Positions 1 through 36,969 of a stretch of DNA of 64,000 bases are shown piece after piece (position 1 is the stretch's first letter; every line of letters begins with the position of its first letter). The notes below the pieces were generated by a model. The model searched no databases. It had not been told where the DNA came from and saw nothing but the letters and a program-made list of their open reading frames with translations. Source of the stretch: Tubiluchus corallicola (taxonomy: Eukaryota > Animalia > Priapulida); the NCBI GenBank assembly GCA_030141605.1, contig JAQGDQ010000204.1:331806-395805 (forward strand), read 5' to 3'. A program made the translations under genes and the position numbers.

Positions 1-198
1 ATAATATGGAATTACGATTTTGATATGAATATTGAAATAATTTTGAAATAAAGTAAATGATGTAATAATAGCAAGGAAACATAAGAAAAACATAATATGG
101 AATTACGATTTAGATATGAATATTGAAATAATTTTGAAATAAAGTAAATGATATAATAATAGCAAGGAAACATAATATATAAATACGATTTTGATATA
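1..198. repeat. ~91-bp AT-rich tandem repeat, about 2.2 copies (may continue beyond the window start)
   Basis: ataatatggaattacgatt...agcaaggaaacataa starts at 1 and again at 92 with few mismatches; partial third copy after it. Confidence 0.9.
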
Positions 199-399
199 GA
201 CTGCGATGAATGAATAATTCATTTAAATTGATTTATACATTTTACTAATAAAGTAACATTAGTAAAAGAAAAACATTAGTGCAAAAAGACACACGTGCAC
301 AAAAAGAGAAAAAAAAGCTCTAGTTTTCTACGCCAATGAATATTTACTAAGTAAAAATATCTTGTATTGTTTGGTAGCTATTTGTAAAGAAGGAGAGGA

Positions 400-710
400 A
401 ATGATTGTATTGGGTACACTATTCCACAATAACCTTGAGCCTATTAAGCGGCGATTACTGTACTTACAATATCAAACGTACACGGGAAGTCTGACAAATG
501 AACAAACCCAACACCCGTATGTGAGATTTTCTCATCTCCATGAACAAATACTTTGTATTTACCATTCAAGTCAAAATAGTCGGGTTTCTTGTACTGTTAA
601 AAATGATAATTTATACTTCTCAAAATAATTGGCTAAAGATTACTTTTTGACGTCAGTTCTAAGACCGCTAACGTTGAGTGATCCAATTCTAATTTCTTGG
701 CATCTCATGT
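400..710 (-). mobile_element. Degenerate non-LTR retrotransposon AP-endonuclease N-terminus (RTE-like)
   Basis: Minus-strand translation, with stops and frameshifts, gives IRIGSLNVSGLRTDVKK, LSFLTVQETR and HTGVGFV. These match the APE motifs xNVxGL, QET and GVG. Confidence 0.6.
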
Positions 711-1142
711 ACTCTGATGAAATATTAAACCATTCTCCATTCCAAATACCTAATACATAAACTGGGAAAGTTGCAGGTAACAAGACGCATAGCCATAAAA
801 TGACCAGCATAAAGACTGTAGACTTCAAAACTTATAGTTTGAAGCCAGTGGCTTGTCAGCACTACTTCTGATCTTAATCATAGTAACGACAATACAAGTA
901 ATCTTCGCATTTCCTTTAAAAGTATTATGTGACTTAACTCCAAACACCATTCACCAAGAGCCCAACATGAATAGACATAATCACTTTTCAAGAAGGGTAA
1001 AAAGCAAATGAGTTGATAATAAATTCTTTATAACTGTGATTTGTTAGCGCAGTTAAAGGAAAAGGCAAGACTTCTGGGAAGTTAGGCTTACTTCAATATC
1101 TGAGAGTTTCAGCAAAAATGTTAGAAAACTTCGGCAATACAA

Positions 1143-1310
1143 CATAGACATAGACATTTTTATTTATCTCCTCATTTACACCATTATATACAATTTCACT
1201 ATTATTTTTATAGTTATTGATTAAAAAGGATAAATTAAACATAAAGGAAAGAGTTAGGGGGTGTAGGAGAAAGGGTAGCGAAAGACCAATTGGTCATCGA
1301 GGGAATACAA
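1143..1310 (-). mobile_element. 3' tail fragment of a CR1/L2-type LINE or derived SINE
   Basis: Short (ATGTCT)n tail and minus-strand AATAAA. The aaagggtagcgaaa motif resembles aagggtggcgaaa at 14581 in the 3' end of the intronic LINE. Confidence 0.4.
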
Positions 1311-1320
1311 GGGAATAGTT

Positions 1321-1495
1321 AAATGCCTTGTGTAATTAGTAGAAACTTAGAAGTCGCGATCATTTCACACTTGAGCTCTCCCATTTTGAACAGCCATTTT
1401 TCCACCAGTGACGCATGCATCATCACAGAAAAGCGTGCATTATCAATTTTATTATAATATTTTTTACAAACAATAGGTAGTTAATTTTGTACTGT
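1321..1495 (+). repeat. Dispersed repeat copy A; an inverted homolog lies at ~9985-10170
   Basis: gatcatttcacacttgagctctcccattttgaacagccatttttccaccagtgac aligns to the reverse complement of 10075-10135. Confidence 0.75.
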
Positions 1496-3924
1496 GATCA
1501 TTCTCTGTATTCAAGCAGTTTGACAGTACCTCTTTTGCTTTGTCTCTAAATTTTTTGTTTAAAAATGTAAAATGTTGTATGCTGTTTTCTGCCTTTGTTT
1601 TCGATATTTTTCTCAGGTGTTTAGTTCTATAGAATGCACTAAGCTTAAATGTAGTCTTTTACATGTTAACTGCCACCTATTTGTTGCTTGAGACTTTCTA
1701 TCAACTTTAATTAGATGGTGGGCTGATTTGGTATTATTAACTTATAATGGTGATTGCTTCTTTAATATCGCCGAGCTAATAATTTTTTGCTGATTATTCG
1801 GTATTAATTTACGTGTGTGTAGGAGATAATTAACATAATCTAATCTTATCTAATCTAATCTCGCATTAGGTAAGTTAACAGAAGTTTGAGTAAGTTCAAA
1901 TTAAGTGGTGCATGCTTATGAAAACTCAAAATACACATATTAAAAGCCAGGAATTTTCAAACGAATCCATGGAGGCTAGAGGCTACCACACCATGCCTGA
2001 AACCAGCTATACAACGGTAGTATTGATCAATCTTGTACTCCATAGACAGTATTTTTACAAACTTCTTTGCTATATTTTTCTAAGTTTATGTGATAGCTGT
2101 AATAATTAAAATCAACCCAACCTGCGAAATAACTTATCTTTAATTTATTTTATAATTTCAAATTTAAGGGCAAAGCCATCATAAGAAAAATAAATGTCTC
2201 AGTTTTCTTCTTTCTGTATATGTACCAAATTGTGTGTAAATGAGTAAGGACTGTATTGATGTCTGAATCGCGTTGCCACCAACAAACTGCACCTCTTTAA
2301 ACTGTGAAAATCCATACAGTATTTAGGTGACTCAGAAGACCCAAATTAGTGTGTACAATTTGAATGATTTCTCTTATTCTCTTATTTTTCACTGCGGAAA
2401 GTGTGATATTACAGAATTTTCCAGATGTTTGATAAATTCTCTAAAAAGTTTCTAGAAGGAACGTTTCTAAATTGTTTAGAAATTGCAAAATTAGCAGCAA
2501 AAAAATAATATCATTATGTAAGTTAATATTACTTTAAAATTCTTATGACTATCTGTATTAATTTTAAAGAATTTTAATAATAATGCTTTGATGACATCTA
2601 CTTGTCCGTGTCTAAGTCTAGCTAGCCTAGGTACAATTCCTGTTTTTCTAATTACTTTTCTAGCTAAGATAGTACTGATCCCAATTATCTAACTACGCAA
2701 CTAATTACGTATCTTACCTTTAACTGATCTTCTACTTAACTTCATCTTCTACAACTGAAATGAACGAAACTGCCGATGGAACTTACTTTCTGTGCACTTC
2801 AATCCCCAAACATGTTGTACTTACACAATTAAAGAACGTTAAAAACCCTTTAAACGTGTGACATTTCCTTGCATTGTCCCACTAATAAAAATGATAACTC
2901 TTCTAAAATATGTACACTGACGCAAAGTGAACTACAATCAATTACATGCTAATAAAAAACGGTAATGGACAGAAATAAAAACAATGATATATTTAATATC
3001 TGCAACAGATGGATCAAAAAATGCAAAAAAGATGCTGCGACAGATGATTTTTAATTGCATACCTCGAGGACAAAGATGCGTGCTCCTTTGTTGTATGGGG
3101 AAAAACAAAACCAGAAGTTAGGAAACTAACTGAAAAGTTTACAGGTATATCACTCGGGGTGTGCCGTGTTGACGACACTTTCGTGTCTTTCTTTCAAGTT
3201 TTGAATAGATAAAATTACATAAAAGCTCTTGGTAATGATTATAATGTATGTCACATTTATTTCGCCATAAAATACGGGGGCACAAAACAACCAATGATGT
3301 ATCGGGTGAAGCTATCAGGCTTTTTCCCCCATAGTTTTCTCCAGAAGTTACATCTCTAGTTAGTTCGTTAGCCGTCTGGTGGTAACTTGTAGAAGTGGTA
3401 TAAGTTACTGGAACACCTCTAGTGTCCACTCAGGTTGAAAGGTGTTATGGTATTTTTTGGATGATCTGCCCATTTATCAAGTTGACTTTTAAAATGGTCT
3501 GGACGTTTTGCATTCCTAACATGTGTACCCAACTTGTTCCAATCATTGATGACCCAGAAAATGAAAAGTTCTTGTTGTTGCAATTAGGCTTACAGATCAT
3601 GTGTCCATCACCCCTATAGTACCGTTCGGCATTTAATTTGGCATCATTGTTAAAAATTTGAAATGTGCTTGATGATGTGAGTGTTAACCTCTGCATGGGT
3701 TCGGAATATGATGCAATGCTGGTACCAGCTTGGTTGCTTGTCTCTGGATGGTATTAGAACAGAACAATTTATTACATCAAAGTGCTGCTGAAAAAATAGC
3801 TAGGGAACTTACATGCCATGCCCTCAGTATTTAGCGTGGAAGCCGCCCACAGCAATAACCCTGAGGCACATAATTATTATGTTTGGAAACTTGAAGAAAT
3901 TAGGGTCGAACTCATAATTCTCAA

Positions 3925-4100
3925 GTAAGTCTTCCTGATATGTTTTTGGATCATGTTAGCCTTACAAGATGACTCAATATGTTCAGCGAGGTTAAAACCT
4001 GGCGAATTTCCAGGCCTTTCTATCTGCTCTGATCAAACGACCCCCAAGACTGTGTGAGAGGTGCGAGAGATGAACGAGGCATCAATGCACATTAAAATTT
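3925..4100 (-). mobile_element. Possible decayed Tc1-like transposase fragment
   Basis: Minus-strand RPGNSPGFNLAEHIES resembles the WPxNSPDLNPIE motif. Single motif only. Confidence 0.35.
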
Positions 4101-4919
4101 AATACTGATTGGTGATAGATTCTCCACTGATTCAGCAACACTTTGATTCTGAGTCTGGAAGAACAATCGGTAAAATTCAACTACAGGAATAATGCCGATG
4201 CGGTATGACTTGGTGGGCACTAACGTGAACAATAAATGAAGATGTAGTCCTCAATGAATAACCAGATTCAAAGTCCAATACTTCTATGGAGAGACTATTC
4301 CACTACTTGATTGGGCATGAGAAGAATGAAAATTTATATGATGAGAATGAGGCTGAAATGTATTTGAATTTGTAGGAATGATTATGATCTAGATTTTTAA
4401 CTGTACTGTTGTCTCAGCCCTTACCTCAGCTGACTACTGACTCTGCCTAGTTTCATAATTCTACATATTATAGTTTTCAAGTTATTCAATATTATAGCTT
4501 GAACTGACCGATCTCCTGTGTATTTCATCCTTTGTGTATGACCGCAGTCACCGTTCTCCATATCATTGTCAAGACCATTAGTCTCGGTGCCTACCTTGCA
4601 AGATTCAAGACTATAACCCTCCGCATTTCTTTATGAATTCTTTATTTTGTGTCCAAATTGCCCATGATGACGCATGACATGACTGACCATGAACTTGGGT
4701 TGCATGTTTTGGAAAGGGTCCAAAAATAAATGCACGTGTTAATTATGTTATGACAGCTTACTGTTAAGGAACGCTGATAACTAATAATGCGTCAGTCACT
4801 ACACGCAATTTAACTCTGCAATGCAGACAGCAAAATGCTTTACCAGACTGACATACCATGACTGACACATTGACTAGAGCTCTGATCATCGACTGTCTCT
4901 CAGAGAAGTATCTATTGAC

Positions 4920-5110
4920 GTCATGGATACCGCCAGAGGGCTAGCGTTTCGCTTTTGGGGCTAACTTTCCGTTTTGCACGGGCGCCGCACCCTAGCCATC
5001 TTGGATTTGTTGAAAAATATAAGATTGAATTTTTTTAGTTGTTACATGATTACCAGTGTTTATATGCTTAGGACAAAGGATTAAAAATTTTCTGCCGTAG
5101 TAGGGTAAGC
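4920..5110 (+). promoter_or_regulatory. Small CpG-rich patch, possibly a promoter or non-coding first exon
   Basis: Local CpG cluster, YY1-like GCCATCTTGG near 4996, and a donor-like AGG|GTAAGC near 5105. Confidence 0.25.
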
Positions 5111-5227
5111 AGATTATTAATTAAAACGCAAATTTTAATTGACAGCCATACCGGTTTATGTTTTTAGCTACAGATAAATTACCGGGTGCCTTGCTAGTAG
5201 GTGATGTCAAATTCCAATGATCAAAAA

Positions 5228-6300
5228 TTAATTGAGTATGACAGTATTGCAATGAATTAGTATGTGCTTATTAGTCAAAACTGCTACTCGGCTTAAAATA
5301 AAAAACAAGCATAGACAAGGCTTGCCGTTACTAAGAAGCTTTTTCCCAATATCAGTATTTTGAAATAATAACCAACTTACACGATTTTCATCTGAAACTC
5401 GCTCCCAAATAACCATATTTCCTTCATTTTCATAATAAGGACAGTACAGTAAAATATGTTGTAAATTCTCCAAGTCCAAAATAACACTTACAAAATCCAT
5501 GGCATTCAGCTATCTTCCATCTAAATAATGGAGACTTCCACTAATTTCCAATGTGTCAATTCTTGCTTTCACCATTAACTCAGTGTTATACATATTATTC
5601 ATCCAGCATTCATAATAAGGTCATGGCTTGTTCACATACACATCAACCGTAGAACATGATTCATATTTATTCTGCCATAGTTGAAACCCTTTACCCTCAC
5701 CTTTTTGTTCAATTAACTGATTCCAACCTTTCTCACTAAAATTCACGTCAGTTATTTCCTTCAACCGGTCCTGCAAAAGTTCTAGTAGTGCCAACATGTT
5801 TCCAAAGACTTCTAAATTAAATTTATCTGCTAAAAAGTTATTCTTCTAACCACTTAGATCCTATCCAACTACACACTACAAAGGATATTATCCATTACAC
5901 ATAATATAATTCTGTTCAGACACTTTAAACGTGCTTTAGCTTTTCTCTTCCAATGGTGGAAATCCAACCTGTCCTCTCACAGTAGCTCCACTACACCTTT
6001 TTGTTGTTCTTATCCATCTTGCAAAGTCATCCTGTATACTGTCATAAAAGTTCACCTTTTTATAATAAATTATCAACATAATCGAACATTATTTTAGGTA
6101 CAATAAAAAACTTCTGTCCAGGGCTGCCCACTTCGCTTCTTCTTAATTCTGAAGACATAGCCGTATACTTTTAATGCACTAGTAGATTCCCTTAAATCTG
6201 GAATCCATTCTTTCCAGCAGTTTTCCAGCAAAGGTTAAAATGTTAATAACTAAATCTTCGTATAAATAAACACCTGCATTAGAACTGTGTAACACATCCA
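5228..6300 (-). mobile_element. Degenerate LINE ORF2 C-terminal region
   Basis: Broken minus-strand peptides QDDFARWI, ATVRGQVGFPP (AVRGELG-type), KARIDTL and LQHILLYCPYY (terminal HxxxxC motif). Confidence 0.55.
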
Positions 6301-9300
6301 ATAAGTTATGCATATATATATAAAGAAGAAATATAGACTACATTGGGTCACCCTGTTTGATGCTTGCTGTAACTTTAATCTTTTTACATTTTATTCCTCT
6401 CCAAGACATTTAAACATTTTATTTTGTGTTACTAATAATACACATTTGTACAACATTGCTCTTACTATACATAAAACAAATATAGCAACCTTAGTGCAAC
6501 TGGCCTGCTAAAGTCCATGTGACATCCCTAGTTAAAGGCTAGTTCAGTGATTTTTTGATGATGTCAGTAAAAACAGTTAGACTTACAAATGTGTTTTCAC
6601 TACAAGGAAAAACGAAAAATTACAAAAAGACTACTCAGTGCACAATAGAATAAAGTGCACGCATGTATGCTTCATATGTTGTATACATATATGTATCTTC
6701 ACATGTTCTTGATTAAAGTCGTTATTAGCACTTAACTGGCTGCATTAGTAAGCTACCTTGGAAAATGATTGCTCTCACAGAAAGATTTCTGGTATTTCCT
6801 GTTTACAACACATTTCGGCGCATGTCCAATAATATCTAGTAATAACAAAATTTATAATTATAACTGTAATTATAAGATCACTTTTATATACGTGAAAATA
6901 AAATATTTCGGTAAGTCATCGGGTATACATTATAGTAAGCAAATAGCATGAAATGTGTGGAGCTAGTTGCTCTTAGTGTGATCAAATGTTACTCTTAGAT
7001 AACTTATCATGGCTGTATTATAGTGTGTAAAATGAATTTTATAGTGCATAGTACTTGTGAAAAATAAAAGAGCACTTTGCTAGCCCTGCTGGAAAAATAC
7101 CGAGTTTTAGTACAGCATGCTAAATTTTTGCTTCACTATGCCAACATAACCAGGGCCAAAACTTAGGTATCTTTTGCCAAAATCTAAGCTGATTCTTGCC
7201 ATGACATTTTATGAGAATCCAGAGAATAGAAGTCTAAATTACATCGTTCAAGTATCAAGAATTGTAATTATTGAAACAGTGAAGACAATATTTCAGTTAA
7301 ATTAATTTACTATAAGAATTAATCACTATCAGTACTAACATCTTTTTCAGAATGAGGCCTAACATTTCTGATCAAGCAAGCCATTTAGAATTTTGTTAAT
7401 TCTTCACTTTCAACTGTCCTTGCAAGTGTCTAAACAGGTCTTAATGACCGTTTTCCCTGCAGGCTTTGATAATACCATAATTTCCGAGAAACGTTCTTTA
7501 TGCGAAACACGAAAAATTTTACTGATAACTTGGCAAATCAGCCATTTCCAAACTTTACACCATAAGTAATTTTATAAAGAAATATTGGATATGGTACACT
7601 TTGGTGGAAACTTATGGAAAATTTTCACCATGTGTAACACTTACTGTTTGAATGTTTAAATAATTGGTTAGCTAGTTGCATAATTAGAATACTGTATCCT
7701 AATTCTTGATACCTGTTATTTGCACATGCTTTTAGAAAAATGTTCTTTATTGAGGCAACATTTTTGGTATATACCTAAATGGTTTTACACACTGATTATG
7801 TAAATAAAGAAACATAATTTACGTAAAAGGATAGTGTCTTCGGAAATTCTACATTAGATACAGTTTTGTTTGGAAATGGCAGTTGTCGAAAACTGAGATA
7901 TGTGGTTTTACCTGGCCTTCTCATATAATGTAAACTACACGTTATGACTAGACCTTTATTGTGTAATTCAATACTAGTGTACAATTTTAGCATGTCTAGT
8001 ACTTTTTAGTATATTTTAGAATTCTGTAGGTATATCACGAATCTGATTATCGAAACCGAATCAAATTCAAATCTCAATTTTTTAGGTATTTCTTTAAACT
8101 GAATTTTATTGGAAATGGTTTGGAGGTCATTACCTGTCCTAGGTGTAAAAAATTTTTATAGTAGCATTTTATTTAATTATGATAGATAAACCTATAAGAA
8201 TCAAAGTCTTCAGAGTGAAATACTGGAAACAAAGGTAAAAGAAGCTGGCAAACAGGTACATTTAATAGCAAAACGAATCTCTGGAGTATATGCAACCAAA
8301 CCAGAGTTACGTGTGTGAAGATGATGATAATTTGGGCTAGGTACATTGTATACGTGAAAAAACGTTAGGGTTCCAAAAATTTCCTGATGAAAAGACTGAA
8401 GAAAAATCTAGCCAAGAGGTAACAGAAATTGCAGAATTTGATTGCTTCTGAAGACCCAAGACATACATTGGTGTCAGAAATTGAATTTCAGATTTAGTCA
8501 AAACTAGCCGTAGATAAGTAATTAACTACACTTAATTAGTACACTATAATACACGCGTAAGCTTAAAACACAAGTACTGTTATACTTCATAACGTTATAC
8601 AAGAAAAATTCAATTTTGGTGGGAATTGACTGTTGAGGAGGGCACTGAAGTTACTTCTGCTTCAAGCTACCTAGAGCTCACTCTGTACAAAACGATTTTG
8701 TATAATATCTTGCTAAACATAATAAAGTTTCTTAGTTCAGATTTAGGTTTTTACTTTATGCGCAGCTTGCTTCTTTTTTTTATTGCAGTCTAGAAAATAC
8801 TGCTATTACTATGCAAAATGTGCGTGATCTATGTACAAATAATTCAGAGACATTTTGGCATATTTTATATTTTATGACTGCATGTTTTTCTTTGGAACTA
8901 AATTAGTAATTTTTAGAGAGTAAAGATAAATTAGACTCAGTACGTGCTAAAAGCATGCTTAACATGCTTAAACTAAAATTAGTGTTTAGAATGATGTGTT
9001 AGACACGCTGAAAGCAAATATGGCGACATTTGTGTATTTCAAGTAGGAAAAAATTGTCAAAAAAGGTAGCAAATTAAGTAATTTTGTCCCAAAAAATATA
9101 AAGATAAAAGAGTGTATGATTACTTTTTTGTAATGAAATGTTACCGAATCACCTCTGCAGTCGAAGTTAAACTGAATTTTTTTTTCAAAATTTTACGGAA
9201 TTTGCTGAGTCTGGAGTTTTTAGTTTCTTAGTTGGTGGAGACTGAGATAAGTATTGTGTAGATGCATACTAAAATCAGAATTAAAAATTGACGAGTAGGT

Positions 9301-9984
9301 CATGAAAAGGACAAAATGAAATATGTAAACAATTTCTATTCATTCCAATTACTGGGATAATATCTACTGCACTACAGCACTTAGAATAGTCATTATTGGA
9401 TTTTCCACTACTATTTTAACCTAAAGAAACCATCTGCTTTCATACTATAGTACCCACATAAAAATATCAATCCTGATATTTATTAAGTGCATTTATTGTA
9501 TAGTTTTTAGTGGTTAGCTGTAAACACATAACACTTGCTAGCATGGCAGTTAAACAGCATTGCAGCTTTCAATGTGTGTTCAGGAAAAGGAATCGAGGGA
9601 AGGACAAGTAAAGTTAGTGTGATGGATATATCTTACTGTTATTGCTTAAGCTTAAAAAATATAACAAAGAAATTTGCAAAACAACTATCTATTGAAAGGT
9701 GTGTGTATAAGTAATCAGATGGTGATTCACTCTTCACACACTGTTTAAATTGGTCTATTTCAAATTTTATTGTGTTTGTTACAGTATATTGGTGTGTAAA
9801 ACTAAATTTGGTAGTTTCATAGAAATTAAAGTTAATTTCCACTAACGCTGTGCAGAAATTTTCAGGTGCAGTGGTTGCCGCCATTCACTTGACAATTATT
9901 ACGTAACTGGTGGCTTTTCGTGAGTGCGCGATGGTTAAAATAATTCAAACTTCTGCATTTAACCTAATATTCCTGCAGAAATAT

Positions 9985-10170
9985 CACAAAATTAACTGTT
10001 TGTTATTTTTTAAAAACTTCTTACACCTTTGACACGTATTGACAGTGCACTGCTGTTCTTGAGTCTACAAACGATGTCACTGGTGGAAAAGTGGTGTTCA
10101 AAATGGGAACGCCCAAGCATGAAATGATTGTAACTTTAAAGTGCCTTTACTAATTAAACGAGGCACTTAT
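9985..10170 (-). repeat. Dispersed repeat copy B (inverted relative to 1321-1495)
   Basis: Direct alignment by eye to copy A. Confidence 0.75.
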
Positions 10171-10899
10171 CACACTTTTATTAGTAAATCTTTCTAATAT
10201 TTTTTGCGGATATTGAAATAAGCTTGACTTCCCAGAAGACATAGCCTTTCCTTTAAGATATTGCTAGTAAATATGGCATGTAAACATAGAAAATCTTCAA
10301 AGTTGGTCCACAGTTTTATGTAGTCTTTTGATTTATAAGAGAAGAAAATAATTTTAGGCGTGTTTTTAAATATAATTCTGAAATCACTTAAATGCAAAAG
10401 CAAGCAGCATTAATTTAACCATTGTACTTTGGCTGACAACCATGCCTATCGATGTGGGCCGTGTCCATCCAAACATCAAATGTCCAGTGTCCACTGTTCA
10501 ATTTTCTCTAGTATTTTTGATACTAATTGTCGGATTGACAAGAAAATCGGTTAAATGAGTCTTTGCCACAGAATCTGCGATTTGCAGCGCTCGTCTTCGT
10601 TAATTAGCTAATTAATTTTCAGAAGCCTAAAACTCAAATTATTGTTAGCTAATTTCTCTAATTTGCTACAGAGGATCTAGAAATGCATATTGATCATCTG
10701 AGCAGTTTTTGTCATCCTTTTCCTTTAAAAGAGATTATTGACGTTATGAGTTAAATCTCATCAAGAGGCGATTAATTTTAAGCTTAAAACCCTGAAGTTA
10801 TTCATAGTTTCTAATTCATTATACTTAAATATTGGTACTATATAGTTTTCTACATCGTGGAACTTACGAGTATAGCTTTTACTTCCACCCTCCTGAATT

Positions 10900-11700
10900 T
10901 GTAGCCATACGGCGTGTTCTTAATCTTACACTTTCTCAACTTCTTGGCTTCTGTAGTCAAACCAGTGTTGAGTATGCAGTACTGCTCGACTGAGGCGCTT
11001 ACCGACTCTTGGTGCTGCAGTGGATACAGTCAGGCTATTGATTTTCAGATGTTGTGTTCTGTTCAGCTGCTTCAGTATTTCACCCCTGAGAGAGCGCTGC
11101 GTTGTGCATTACGAACTTTAGCTAGTACTAATAGCGGCCATTTTGTCATCGGCGTCAACAAGGGCGTATGCGTGTACTGCGTAAGCCTGTGTTCCCGTCC
11201 TGTGTTCAGAATGGCAGCGGATAATTATTATTTAGTGACGACCAAGGACATTGGATGGTTGACGAAGTACATACTAAATGGGTATCCAGTGTTTTCATTG
11301 TGAGCATACAGCCTCACTGTTGTTGGTATGTGCCAGTGTTTGCTTCTCAGAAATTCGGACCCGCACACATGTTTGCTCTATTCCTCTGCTAGGCTTCAGC
11401 AACTGCTGTGCATATATTTGCGGGCTGCTATAAATAGCTCCTGGAGCGCTTTATATAGCATAACCTTAGCGGGGCCAGATGTCTTTTGTATGCATTTTCT
11501 GGCGAATCTGGTCTGGAAATGTCCGAGTCGAACACACGTAGAAGTAGGACCTATTCATGCATAGTCTGTGAAGAATCCTTTTAGTGCAGTGTGACCGTGA
11601 ATAATTTGCGATCTTCACTGTAATCGTTCTACAACAGTTAGCTGAAGCATTGTGAAATCCCTATCTTAATCCTTGGTTGCTTCAGACAGTGACACTGAAC
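10900..11700 (+). promoter_or_regulatory. CpG-enriched candidate promoter/5'UTR region of the G-beta gene
   Basis: Higher GC and CpG 0.5-1.3 kb upstream of the ATG exon. YY1-like GCGGCCATTTTG at 11134-11145; CTATAAATAG (TATA/MEF2) at 11428-11437. Confidence 0.45.
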
Positions 11701-12214
11701 ATTGTAAACGATAAATGGATCGGCAGATTGGAAAGTACACTTAATGTATTATAAGCTTTTAAATCATATAACTATACTCAAATTAATTTGTTTCTGTCTC
11801 CCTATACCAGCTGTCAATGATCACATTATTTTTATATCCAATAACGCAATACCCCGGTGATAATGCATTCATAAATCGGTTCTGTATGTAAGGTATCCCT
11901 GGTACTTAGGCCTCCTATTTATATTGTACGTGTACAATATACTGCTGTTTCGAACACTTGACTGGCTAATTTATTTGCATGTCTGGAAGACAAAAAAAGA
12001 ATGGAGTGAAATTCAGCTGTGCAGCTTAATGCACTTATTTATTATTTATTAGGCCTATAGTTGCCATTGGGAAGCTGCTAAACGAGAATTATATTCGTCT
12101 TCTCATGCAAACTTGAAATCACTGAACCCATGTTTCTTTCTGATGCTCTCTCTCTTAAATTTTACTCATTCAGTGTTTTTTCTTTTCAGATTTTTGTGTT
12201 TTTAATTTAACAAA

Positions 12215-36969
<24,755 letters not shown>

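Noticed and set aside
8025-9220. Possible hAT-derived non-autonomous element
   Set aside because: Suggestive ccgaat-type subterminal motifs, but no clear TIR, TSD or peptide.
10914-11564. 129-aa and 78-aa ORFs upstream of G-beta
   Set aside because: No recognisable domain; explained by the higher GC of a promoter-like region.
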